From Candidatus Krumholzibacteriia bacterium (GTDB lineage Bacteria > Krumholzibacteriota > Krumholzibacteriia > LZORAL124-64-63), in NCBI GenBank assembly GCA_050174015.1, contig JBFXKG010000003.1, forward strand, positions 179,988 to 243,987: a DNA stretch of 64,000 nucleotides. Reading direction: 5' to 3'. The notes under the pieces are model-generated. The model was not told the DNA's origin, did not search any database, and worked only from the letters and a program-made list of their open reading frames with translations. This document shows, piece by piece, positions 55,815 through 64,000 of the stretch. Each line of letters begins with the position of its first letter. Within the stretch, counting starts at the first letter, position 1. A program made the translations under genes and the position numbers.

Positions 55815-56958
55815 GGTCGGGCATCCCCCTTCGGCGCAGGGGGTGGGGCTGTGACCAGCGTCCAGGTCCAGACAGGGGTCTCGCTTGGCCAGGGCTTGGT
55901 GAAACCTGCGGGGATGTCGGCGTACCAGCCGCCGTATCCCGCCTGGGTCTCGACGGTGATGGGATAGACGGGCAGGAGCACGACCGCGGGGACGTCCCGC
56001 CCGAGCAGGAGGTCCCAGGCCCGGGTCATGGCCTCGGCGCCCAGGTGCCAGCAGAACTGGGCGCTGTCGACGATCGTCAGGCGTCCGGCGGCGATGTTGG
56101 CCTCGGAAGCGGGGTCGCCGTCGATGGCGGCGACCCGGATCTCGTCCCGACCCGCTTCGACCAGGGTCTCCACCACCGCCAGGCCGCCCCGTCGTTGACG
56201 CAGAACACGAGGTCGAGGGAATCCCGGTCCGGGAAATGCTCCAGGATCTTGAGGCCGGCCCGCCGTCCTCCGACCGGTTCGACGGCCTCGAAGGTCGCGA
56301 GGATCCGGTAGGGCTGACCGAGGTGGCCGAGTGCGTCCAGGAATCCGTTCACGCGCTCGACCGTCGAGGAGACGTGCGGGTATTCCACCAGGACGATCCG
56401 CAGAGGCCGGTCGTCGGGGAACCGCCAGGCGACGTATTCCCCGTTGAGATAGCCCGCCTGGAAGTTGTCGCTGGTCAGATAGCAGGCCAGCCGTCCCCCG
56501 CTGATGTACTGGTCGTAAGCCACGACCGGGATCCCCCGCTCATTGGCGCGGCGCAGGGGGCCGGCCAGCGCGGCGTTGTCGGTGGGCTGGACGATGATCA
56601 GGTCGAGGGGCGGGTCCAAGGCGAGCATGTCGTCCATCTGGCGGATCTGGTTCTCGATGCCCCGTTCGCCCTCGCCGGCCACGCGGGTCACCAGGGCCAC
56701 GCCGGGTGCGTCCCCGCTGCGGTTGATGGTGGCGGCGCGGTCCTCGACGCCCCTCCTCATGGCGACCTGGCCGGGGATCTCCGTGGACCAGTAGAGGACC
56801 CCGACCCGGTAGGGCTCCCGGCGGACGCCGCCTTCCGCGGGGCCGGGAATTTCCGAATCGGTCCACCCGCGGGGGGGGAGGCCGACGGTAAGAAGGATCA
56901 TCAGGAGGGGGAGGTGGCTCCTCGGGGAGACGTGCCATGGCATGCGCGAACGCGACAT
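55811..56958 (-). pseudogene. Sugar-type periplasmic binding protein (RbsB/Peripla_BP_4-like) interrupted by a 1-bp frameshift
   Basis: ORFs 56077..57066 and 55811..56176 join into one protein (...FCVNDGGGLAVVETL...AAIDG) if one G is added to the G4 run at 56187-56190 (minus strand). Real start 56958 with SD CAGGAGG. May be a sequencing error. Confidence 0.78.
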
Positions 56959-57104
56959 GAGCACCTCCTGGTCGGGTGGGCGAGCAGCCTTGATCAGGAC
57001 GTCCAGGCCAGCATAGCACGAATCGTGGTTCGAAACCCCTCCATTGTCACGAGGGGCCCGGTCCATTAATCAGGATAATCTTTATCTTTTAAGTCCAAAT
57101 TTTA

Positions 57105-57113
57105 TGGTATGAT
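57105..57113 (+). promoter_or_regulatory. Extended -10 promoter element
   Basis: tggTATGAT at the end of an AT-rich tract upstream of 57294. Confidence 0.5.
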
Positions 57114-57293
57114 TCCCGCGGCTTCCCAAATACACCCGAGGCGGATGGAGATACGACTTCCATTCCTTCATTGCAACCCAAGCCAACCATCAAGCGGTGC
57201 GGGCCCCCAAAGCCGGCACTCCCGACGCCCCCATCATGCCGCCGCCCACAGGCTGCGTCCAGGGGCCGTAACCCCACCCCGGGAGGGGTCGAA

Positions 57294-58181
57294 ATGCATG
57301 CACGAACAATTCTCCTCGCGGCGTCGGCCCTGCTGCTCGCCGCATCGCCGGTCCTCGCCCAGAGCGTCCCGAGCTCGGGCAGCAAGCAGGCCCTGGTCAG
57401 GGTCGTCAACCACTGGGACTCCAGCTGCGACGCCTCCACCCGGTGGTCCTGGGACAACATGGTCGACGCCTGGTACGACGAGATCCGCGACACCAGGTCC
57501 ACGCCCAAGGGCCACGGATCGAGGGCCTGGATCGGCGACGGTTTCTACAAGAACGGCAGCATCGTGGACAGCGACTTCACCGACAGCGATCGGGTTTCCT
57601 GGGGACGGGACCACTGGAACGACCGGGCGGACGACGTGGACGCCTGCTTCCTGGCCCTGCACGGATCCCACTGGGGCAGCGGGGACGAGAACTACCTGGG
57701 GTCGGTCAGGGTCGACGAATCGGGAGACGGCAACTGTTCCACCAACCAGGATCACATGCGGCTGGGGGACGGGGACCTCGAGTTCTTCCACCTGTCCTCC
57801 TGCCACAGCATGTGCCTGCAGAACTGGGACGAGTGGTTCGACACCTTCAGCGGCCTCCACCAGATCGACGGTTGGTACGGCATCATGTGGATCTCGACCG
57901 TCTACAACGACAACTACGAGGACTTCGCCGACGACGCCTTCAACAGCGTCGGCATGGCCTATGCCTGGATCGACAACCACTACAACACCGGAACCTGGAC
58001 CTTCGGCCACGACCACTGTCCGGTCGCGATGGCGGTCGGATTCAGCGCCGGCAGCGTGACCACCCGCATCGCCAACGAACAGTACGACTCGGTCTACAGC
58101 GATCCCGTCGGGGGCCAGCACCGCCTGTTCTACGCCATCGAGGGATGCGATCCCAAGGATCACGGGGCATTGAACCCGTAA
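57294..58181 (+). CDS. Secreted DUF6345-like protein (possible His/Cys peptidase)
   Basis: SD ggagggg; signal ending [34 protein letters not shown]...F.GLH...G, AW. Confidence 0.68.
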   Translation: MHARTILLAASALLLAASPVLAQSVPSSGSKQALVRVVNHWDSSCDASTRWSWDNMVDAWYDEIRDTRSTPKGHGSRAWIGDGFYKNGSIVDSDFTDSDRVSWGRDHWNDRADDVDACFLALHGSHWGSGDENYLGSVRVDESGDGNCSTNQDHMRLGDGDLEFFHLSSCHSMCLQNWDEWFDTFSGLHQIDGWYGIMWISTVYNDNYEDFADDAFNSVGMAYAWIDNHYNTGTWTFGHDHCPVAMAVGFSAGSVTTRIANEQYDSVYSDPVGGQHRLFYAIEGCDPKDHGALNP

Positions 58182-58191
58182 AGGAGCCGCC

Positions 58192-59673
58192 ATGAAAACG
58201 AGACTTGCCGTCCTGCTGCCGGCCGTGGCGGCCATCCTGCCCGTCGCCGCCGTCGTCCTGGGCCAGACCGACACGCCGCCGCCCCTGCCCCCCAGGACCT
58301 GGACCAGCGCGGATTACGCTCAGGCGGTCGACCTCGCTCTGCCGGGGTTCGACGCCACCCTGCTGACGCCTGCACCCGGCCCCGACTGGATGGCCGCGGT
58401 GGACGTGGGGGACGTGGCCCTGGCCGTCCAGGACGTCCCCGCCCCGGAGAACGTCGACCGGGACGACTGGCGGATCGAGGCCCACGACGCCGCCGACACC
58501 AAGTTCGTCGCCATCGACTTCGACCGCGGCCGGGTGCGCTGGGCCAACCAGACGCGCCATTTCGACTGGGACAACACCCCGCACACGGCCGTGCCGACCA
58601 GCCTGGCCGAGGGCGTCGCCCTCGGGGTGGCGAACCAGCTCGGCATTCCCGCAGCCGAACGACTCCAGGCGGAGGTGGCCACGGTGATCGGCCATCTGGT
58701 GGGACCCGGCGGGCCCGAGGCCACGACCCAGACCGAGCGCCTGGTCACCATCGAGCGGACCATCGGTGCGGTGCCGGTCTTCGGCTCCCTGGTCCGGGTG
58801 TCCGTCAACAACCTCGGCGAACCGTCCCGGCTCCTGGTCCGCTGGCCCCAGTTCCGGATCCCCGCCGGACTGACCATGGCCGCGCGCGCGTCCGTGGTGT
58901 CCGATCTGGCCGCGGAGATCGAATCCCTGCAGGACGGTCTCCCCATCGAGGAACTGCAGATCACCGTCGCCTACGCCCGCTTCGGTTTCGACTACCTTCC
59001 CGCCGCGGTCGCCTCCTTCAGCGATACGCAGACCGGGCAGCTGATCATCGCGCCCCTCGTCCAAATCGCTGCGGACGGGGATCTCGACGGCGTGCCCGAC
59101 ACCCTTGACAACTGCCCGTTGCGGCCCAACCCGCGCCAGATCGACGAGGACGGCGACGGGGTGGGCGACGAATGCGACAACTGCTGGATGACTTCCAATG
59201 CGGACCAGACCGACAGCGACGGCGACGGCGAGGGTGACGCCTGCCAGCTCGCCGAGGGGCGCTGCGACTTCAGCGACGGCAGCTGCGAGGTGTTCACCGC
59301 GGGTGTCTGCAACGAACTGGGTGGGATCTACCAGGGCGACGGCACCCTGTGCGACGACCAGCTGGCATCGATCCCGGACGCCGGCCTCAAGGTTCCCGCC
59401 CTGCTCGCCAGTCCCAACCCCTTCAACCCGGCGGTCGAGATCGCCTTCACCCTGGGCCAGGCCGACCTCGGTCGGATCCGGCTGGACATCCTGGACATGC
59501 GGGGGTCGGTCGTGCGGACCATCCTCGTCGAGGAGGCCTCGCTGCCGGGCCCGCGGAAGGAGATGTGGGACGGCCTGGACGCCGCAGGGCGCCGCGTCGC
59601 CAGCGGCGTCTATCTCGTGCGCCTGCGGACCATCGCCGGCCAGACGGTGACGAAGGTCGCGTTGATCAAGTAG
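58192..59673 (+). CDS. Secreted protein with thrombospondin type-3 repeats and FlgD-Ig/T9SS-like CTD
   Basis: SD aaggag; signal peptide; [32 protein letters not shown]...[21 protein letters not shown]...[20 protein letters not shown]. Confidence 0.82.
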   Translation: MKTRLAVLLPAVAAILPVAAVVLGQTDTPPPLPPRTWTSADYAQAVDLALPGFDATLLTPAPGPDWMAAVDVGDVALAVQDVPAPENVDRDDWRIEAHDAADTKFVAIDFDRGRVRWANQTRHFDWDNTPHTAVPTSLAEGVALGVANQLGIPAAERLQAEVATVIGHLVGPGGPEATTQTERLVTIERTIGAVPVFGSLVRVSVNNLGEPSRLLVRWPQFRIPAGLTMAARASVVSDLAAEIESLQDGLPIEELQITVAYARFGFDYLPAAVASFSDTQTGQLIIAPLVQIAADGDLDGVPDTLDNCPLRPNPRQIDEDGDGVGDECDNCWMTSNADQTDSDGDGEGDACQLAEGRCDFSDGSCEVFTAGVCNELGGIYQGDGTLCDDQLASIPDAGLKVPALLASPNPFNPAVEIAFTLGQADLGRIRLDILDMRGSVVRTILVEEASLPGPRKEMWDGLDAAGRRVASGVYLVRLRTIAGQTVTKVALIK

Positions 59674-59678
59674 CCCAG

Positions 59679-59700
59679 GGCCCCGGTTTCCCCCGGGGCC
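59679..59700 (+). terminator. Hairpin after the 57294-59673 operon
   Basis: ggccccgg-tttccc-ccggggcc; no clear U tract. Confidence 0.4.
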
Positions 59701-59805
59701 ATCCACGATTCCCGTTCCGGCCCGGGGCCGGGCGTCCCACTGGTGGCGCCCTGTCCCGCAGGTCGGGTTTTCAAGATGACGATCGACTTCCGAAAGGAAT
59801 CCGGA

Positions 59806-60024
59806 ATGCCACTGATAGACATTCACCTCATGGACGGAGTTTTCAGTCCTGCCCAGAAGCAGGAGATGATCAGCAAGGTCACCGACGCGATGGTCTCCAT
59901 CGAAGGGGAAGCCATGCGCGGCGTCACCTGGGTTCGCGTCATCGACGTGCCCAGCGGGCAGTGGGGGATCGGGGGCAAGGCCTTGACTGCGGGCGATATC
60001 AAGAAGATGCAGGCGGACACCTGA
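59806..60024 (+). CDS. 4-oxalocrotonate tautomerase family protein
   Basis: SD aaagga; catalytic N-terminal Pro (MPLIDI); QK..MI..VTDA; WGIGG. Confidence 0.9.
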   Translation: MPLIDIHLMDGVFSPAQKQEMISKVTDAMVSIEGEAMRGVTWVRVIDVPSGQWGIGGKALTAGDIKKMQADT

Positions 60025-60127
60025 CCTGTCCGGCGCCCCTCGGGTCCGGAGTCCAGGCCTCGAGCCCGGCTCCGGACGGACCAGGAAGGACCGAGGGAGC
60101 ACGAACCGGAATGAACCTCGGCCTGGG

Positions 60128-60667
60128 CTAGGCCGGGCCTTCCTTTCCCAGGCTCCGCCACAGCGCGATCAGGAATGCCGCCAGGGTGATGCCCATCCCC
60201 GCATGGACCACGGCGTAGACGGCGAAGCGCACCGCGTGGGAACCTCCCATGAAGCCCGCATCCACCACCGCTAGATCATGTTGCCCGTGGCGCACGGCCA
60301 GCAGCACGAAGTAACCCTTGAACAACTGGAGCAGGACGGTGGCCGCGGCGAACGGCAGGAAGCCCCGGGTCAGGACGGCCTGCGCGCGGGGGCCCACCGG
60401 CCGGCCGCCGGACCTTCGGGCCAGCACCATCGCCCCGGCGAGGCAAAGAGGCAGGAACACGCCGAGGGTGAAGACGTGGCCGTGGACCAGGGAAAGCGGG
60501 GCCAGGGCCCCCTGGTGGACCTCGACGGGCACCGAGGCCAGGGGCAGTTTCTTGGCCGACTCCTGGTAGGCGATCCCGATCAGGATGCCGGAGATCGCCA
60601 TGGCGATGGCGAAGCGGATCAGGGTGCGCAGGGTGGAGGCGTAGCCGATGGGCAGGGTGTTGGACAT
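60128..60667 (-). CDS. DUF2871-like membrane protein
   Basis: Four TM segments; G..YQE..K; LSLVHGHVFTLG; H in the last helix. Confidence 0.7.
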   Translation of the reverse strand: MSNTLPIGYASTLRTLIRFAIAMAISGILIGIAYQESAKKLPLASVPVEVHQGALAPLSLVHGHVFTLGVFLPLCLAGAMVLARRSGGRPVGPRAQAVLTRGFLPFAAATVLLQLFKGYFVLLAVRHGQHDLAVVDAGFMGGSHAVRFAVYAVVHAGMGITLAAFLIALWRSLGKEGPA

Positions 60668-60772
60668 GTTCGACTCCGGATGGATGGAGGCTCCGTTCGC
60701 GATTCCGGGTAATTTCGGGGTGAAGGGCGGGGGCGGCAAGGGGGATTCGTCGATCTGCGGCCGCCGGCCGGC

Positions 60773-63658
60773 TCAGGCGCGGTCGAGGATCTCCCGGACT
60801 TTGGCGGCGAGCTCCTGCCTGGTGAAGGGCTTCTGGAGGAAGTCCACGCCCTCCTCGAGGATGCCGTGATGGGCGATCACGTTCTCGGTATACCCCGACA
60901 TGAACAGGCTCCGGAGACCGGGACGGATGGAGGCGATTTCCCGCACGAGATCGAGTCCGGTCATGCCAGGCAGCACGACGTCGGTGATGAGGAGGTCGAT
61001 TCCGGCAGGATTCCTCCCGGCGACTTCGAGGGCGTGATCGGGTGACGGGGACACCAGGATGGTGTACCCGCACATTTCCAGCATCTGCTTCACCATGGCG
61101 CCGAGCGAGGGCTCATCCTCGACGACCAGAATCGTTTCGAGGCCTCGGGCATCCGCCGCGTCGGGCTCGAAGGTCGGCAGGGGCGAGGTCTCGAGGGTGT
61201 GGCGAGGCAGGTAGATCTTGAAGGTGGTTCCGCGCCCGGGCTCGCTGTAGACGTTGATGAAGCCGTCGTTCTGCTTGACGATGCCGTAGACGGTAGCCAG
61301 GCCGAGACCGGTACCTTCACCCCTCTTCTTGGTGGTGAAGAAGGGCTCGAAGATCCTCTTTGCCGTATGGGCATCCATGCCGCAGCCGTTGTCGCTCACG
61401 GCCAGCATGACGCGCTCCCCGGGGAGAAATCCTTCGTGCTTCGCGCAATAGGCGGGGTCCAGGACGAGATTCCGGGTCTCGATGGTGACCTTGCCGATCC
61501 CGTCGATGGCGTCCCTGGCGTTGAGGCAGAGGTTGGCCAGGATCTGGTCGAGCTGGGAAGGGTCCATCTTGACGGGCCACACGCGCTCGGTCGGGCTCCA
61601 GACCAGGTCGATCTCCTCGCCGATCAGCCGGCGGAGCAGTTTGAGCATGTCCTCCACGGTCCTGTTCAGGTCCAGGATGCGGGGAGAGATGGTCTGCTTG
61701 CGGGCGAAGGCAAGGAGCTGGCGGGTGATGGCCATGGACCGCCGGCCGGCCGCCTTGATCTCCGTCAGGGCATTCCTCAGGGGATCAGCGGGCGATGATT
61801 CTTCCAGGGCCATGTCCGCATAGCCGAGGATCACCCCCAGCATGTTGTTGAAGTCGTGAGCAACTCCTCCCGCCAGTTGGCCGACGGCGTCCAGTTTCTG
61901 GCTCTGGTAAAGCTGCTCCTCGAGCATTTTCCGGTCGGTGATGTCCTGGACTGTACCGAATGACCGAACGGGGTCGTCCCCTTCGTATGCTGTTTCGCAC
62001 TGTTCGAACACGTGTTTGACGCGCCCGTCCGGAAAGAGGAGCCGGTGTTCGATGGAATAGGGGGTCCGGTTCTTCAGGGAACCGATGTAGGCGCCATTGA
62101 CGGCATCCCGGTCATCGGGGTGGACGGCCTGCAGGAACGCCTCGTAGGTCGCCTCGAAGTCGAGGGAGTCCAGTTCGAAGATCCGGTAGATCTCCTCCGA
62201 CCAGGTCAGCCTGTTGGTGACCAGATCCAGTTCCCAGTTCCCGATGTGGGCGATGCGCTGGGCTTCGTTGAGACGCCGGGCCGTATCGGCAAGGGCCGCT
62301 TCAAAACGCTTGCGGTCGGTGATGTCACGGGCCACCATCAGGAACCTGTCGGCGGACATGGGGGAGATGGTGGCGAAGAACCAGAGTTCCCGATTCCCGA
62401 TCGGGAGGCTGTACTCGAAGTCGACGGGGCGCTGTTCGACCAGAGACCGGGTGATGTGGCCCATGAAGAAATCGGCCATCTCTCTGGGGAAGACCTCGTG
62501 GAGCGTCCTGCCCAGCAATTCCTGGGGAGGCTTGACCAGGAGGCTGGGGCTGGTGTCGATGATCTTATGATAACGGCCTTCGGCGTCGCCGACGAAGATG
62601 ATGTCCGTCATCGCCCCGATCAGGGAGCGGAGCTCGGCTTCGGAGGCCGTCAGGGCGTCTCCGGTCCGTTTGCGTTCGGTGATGTCGACGATGGAAACGA
62701 AGATCCTGTCCAGTTTCTCCTCGTGACCGGGGCACACGGAATAGGAGATGGTGACTTCCCGGGGGTCTCCGGCAAGGGTCTGGACGACGGAGTCGACCGA
62801 CATCCGTGATAATCCGTCCCACAAGCAGATCAGCTCGCCGCCGAAGGTGTTGAACGATTCGGGAGTGAAGGTGCGGGTCAGGCCGGCCAGCAAATCCTCC
62901 TTGCTGTCGGCGCCATGCAGTTCGAGGGCCGCCCGGTTCACGTCCAGGATCTTCACCGCCTCGGCAAAAACCCTGACCCGGTCGGGATGTCGGGCGAGGA
63001 ATTCCCCGAGGTCGGCGACCCCCCGGTTCCGCAGGTCCAGGAACATCTCCCCGATCCGGGAAAAGTCCTCGATCCAGATGGGGACGGGAGAGTTCTCGAA
63101 GACGAGCCGGTACCTCTCCTCGCTGTCGAGCAGGTTCTCCAGCGACACCATGCTGGCCAGGGCGTCTCCCACCCTGTGTCCGATCTCCAGGAACAGCCTT
63201 TCCTCGGCCGGTGTCCAGACGCGCGATCGGGAACACTGGTGGATCCCCAACTGCCAGGGACCGCCGATCCTGGGGCGAAGGGCCATCGCCATGAAGTTCT
63301 TGATGCGGAACTCCTCGGCGACATCCCCGGAAAGCGGATGGGGGGTCCCGGGTCCGAACTGCACCGGGGTATCGGCGTCCAGCAGGCGGCGGAATACCCG
63401 GGCGACTTCTGGGTCCATCGGGATGGTGGTCCCCGCCTGGAGGACTCCGGGAAATTCCGGCCTGGTCCTTTCCATGGGCACCTGCCAGGTCGGCGCCGCG
63501 GGGTCGCAGGGAAACAGGAGGTAGGCCCGGTCGCAGTCGAACATGTCCAGGACCACGTCCAGGACATCTCCCATCACCTGCCGTACGTCTCTGGATCCCT
63601 GGATCGCGAGGTGGACTGCATCCAGGCTGTCCAGGAAATGCCGGAGATCGGGGTTCAT
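60773..63658 (-). CDS. Cytoplasmic hybrid sensor histidine kinase (GAF + 3 PAS + HisKA + HATPase + REC)
   Basis: GAF (DCDRA...GIHQC...W); PAS/PAC DITERK/DITDRK x3; [22 protein letters not shown] boxes; REC VVEDE...DVVLP...KP. Confidence 0.92.
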   Translation of the reverse strand: MNPDLRHFLDSLDAVHLAIQGSRDVRQVMGDVLDVVLDMFDCDRAYLLFPCDPAAPTWQVPMERTRPEFPGVLQAGTTIPMDPEVARVFRRLLDADTPVQFGPGTPHPLSGDVAEEFRIKNFMAMALRPRIGGPWQLGIHQCSRSRVWTPAEERLFLEIGHRVGDALASMVSLENLLDSEERYRLVFENSPVPIWIEDFSRIGEMFLDLRNRGVADLGEFLARHPDRVRVFAEAVKILDVNRAALELHGADSKEDLLAGLTRTFTPESFNTFGGELICLWDGLSRMSVDSVVQTLAGDPREVTISYSVCPGHEEKLDRIFVSIVDITERKRTGDALTASEAELRSLIGAMTDIIFVGDAEGRYHKIIDTSPSLLVKPPQELLGRTLHEVFPREMADFFMGHITRSLVEQRPVDFEYSLPIGNRELWFFATISPMSADRFLMVARDITDRKRFEAALADTARRLNEAQRIAHIGNWELDLVTNRLTWSEEIYRIFELDSLDFEATYEAFLQAVHPDDRDAVNGAYIGSLKNRTPYSIEHRLLFPDGRVKHVFEQCETAYEGDDPVRSFGTVQDITDRKMLEEQLYQSQKLDAVGQLAGGVAHDFNNMLGVILGYADMALEESSPADPLRNALTEIKAAGRRSMAITRQLLAFARKQTISPRILDLNRTVEDMLKLLRRLIGEEIDLVWSPTERVWPVKMDPSQLDQILANLCLNARDAIDGIGKVTIETRNLVLDPAYCAKHEGFLPGERVMLAVSDNGCGMDAHTAKRIFEPFFTTKKRGEGTGLGLATVYGIVKQNDGFINVYSEPGRGTTFKIYLPRHTLETSPLPTFEPDAADARGLETILVVEDEPSLGAMVKQMLEMCGYTILVSPSPDHALEVAGRNPAGIDLLITDVVLPGMTGLDLVREIASIRPGLRSLFMSGYTENVIAHHGILEEGVDFLQKPFTRQELAAKVREILDRA

Positions 63659-64000
63659 GGCAGCCCCTCGATCGTGCGCCCGGGTTGGACATGCCGGGCG
63701 GGTTCCCATGCGGGCGATCTATGGAAATGGCCGAGCCTTCGGGCAATGACGCCGAGGAGGACCGGACCGGAATGCCGGAAGGGGACTGTAACACAGATTC
63801 TTTGGTTGTGCCGTCGAGATTGTTCCCGGCCCGGGCCTTGCCCCGGGCCGGACATGGACAGCTCCAATTCCACCCCCGAATCCTGGGCCCCTCCCTTCTG
63901 CCCTAACCCCAAGTGCCCACACCACAACCTCTTGGGCCTCCCCTTCCCCTACAAACGCATCGGATACTTCTGGAGACACCAGCCCCCTTTCCGTATCCAG

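Noticed and set aside
63719..64000. Short ORFs and a hairpin (about 63827-63850) at the right edge
   Set aside because: No recognisable protein motifs and the context is truncated, so it cannot be called from this window.

Overview
GC-rich (~70%) bacterial chromosomal segment with about 51 protein genes. I saw no rRNA, tRNA, CRISPR array, integrase or transposase. Many secreted proteins carry FlgD-Ig/T9SS-like C-terminal domains, there is a PorV-family gene, and two proteins end in a short (T/S)(W/F)GxVKALFR tail. By inference this points to an FCB-associated candidate lineage such as Krumholzibacteriota, Latescibacterota or Eisenbacteria. Content in order: the end of a glycan-utilisation-like locus (CTD protein, PorV, GH144); an M28 peptidase; adhesin-like proteins; DUF5916; an AmmeMemoRadiSam operon whose enzymes appear to carry export signals, coupled to a spermidine-synthase-like membrane protein; a DadA-like oxidoreductase; a sulfatase-like lipoprotein; a CRTAC1-like protein; a PNGase F-like lipoprotein; a DUF222-like HNH nuclease; ilvE; a TlpA-DUF4266-DUF3570-ApbE flavinylation cluster; a LysM amidase; a glycan-modification operon (pyruvyl transferase, methyltransferase, SDR, B12 radical SAM, ATP-grasp); mgsA; two hybrid histidine kinases; a frameshifted periplasmic binding protein; and a DUF6345-like protein with a TSP3-repeat partner. 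The best novelty candidates are: (1) an unannotated sigma-54-driven RNA of about 130 nt at 24922-25053, made of three hairpins sharing a GRGCGAR loop motif; (2) the apparently extracytoplasmic AmmeMemoRadiSam system; (3) the short GxVKALFR C-terminal candidate sorting signal. All family calls come from motif recognition by eye; no database search was run.
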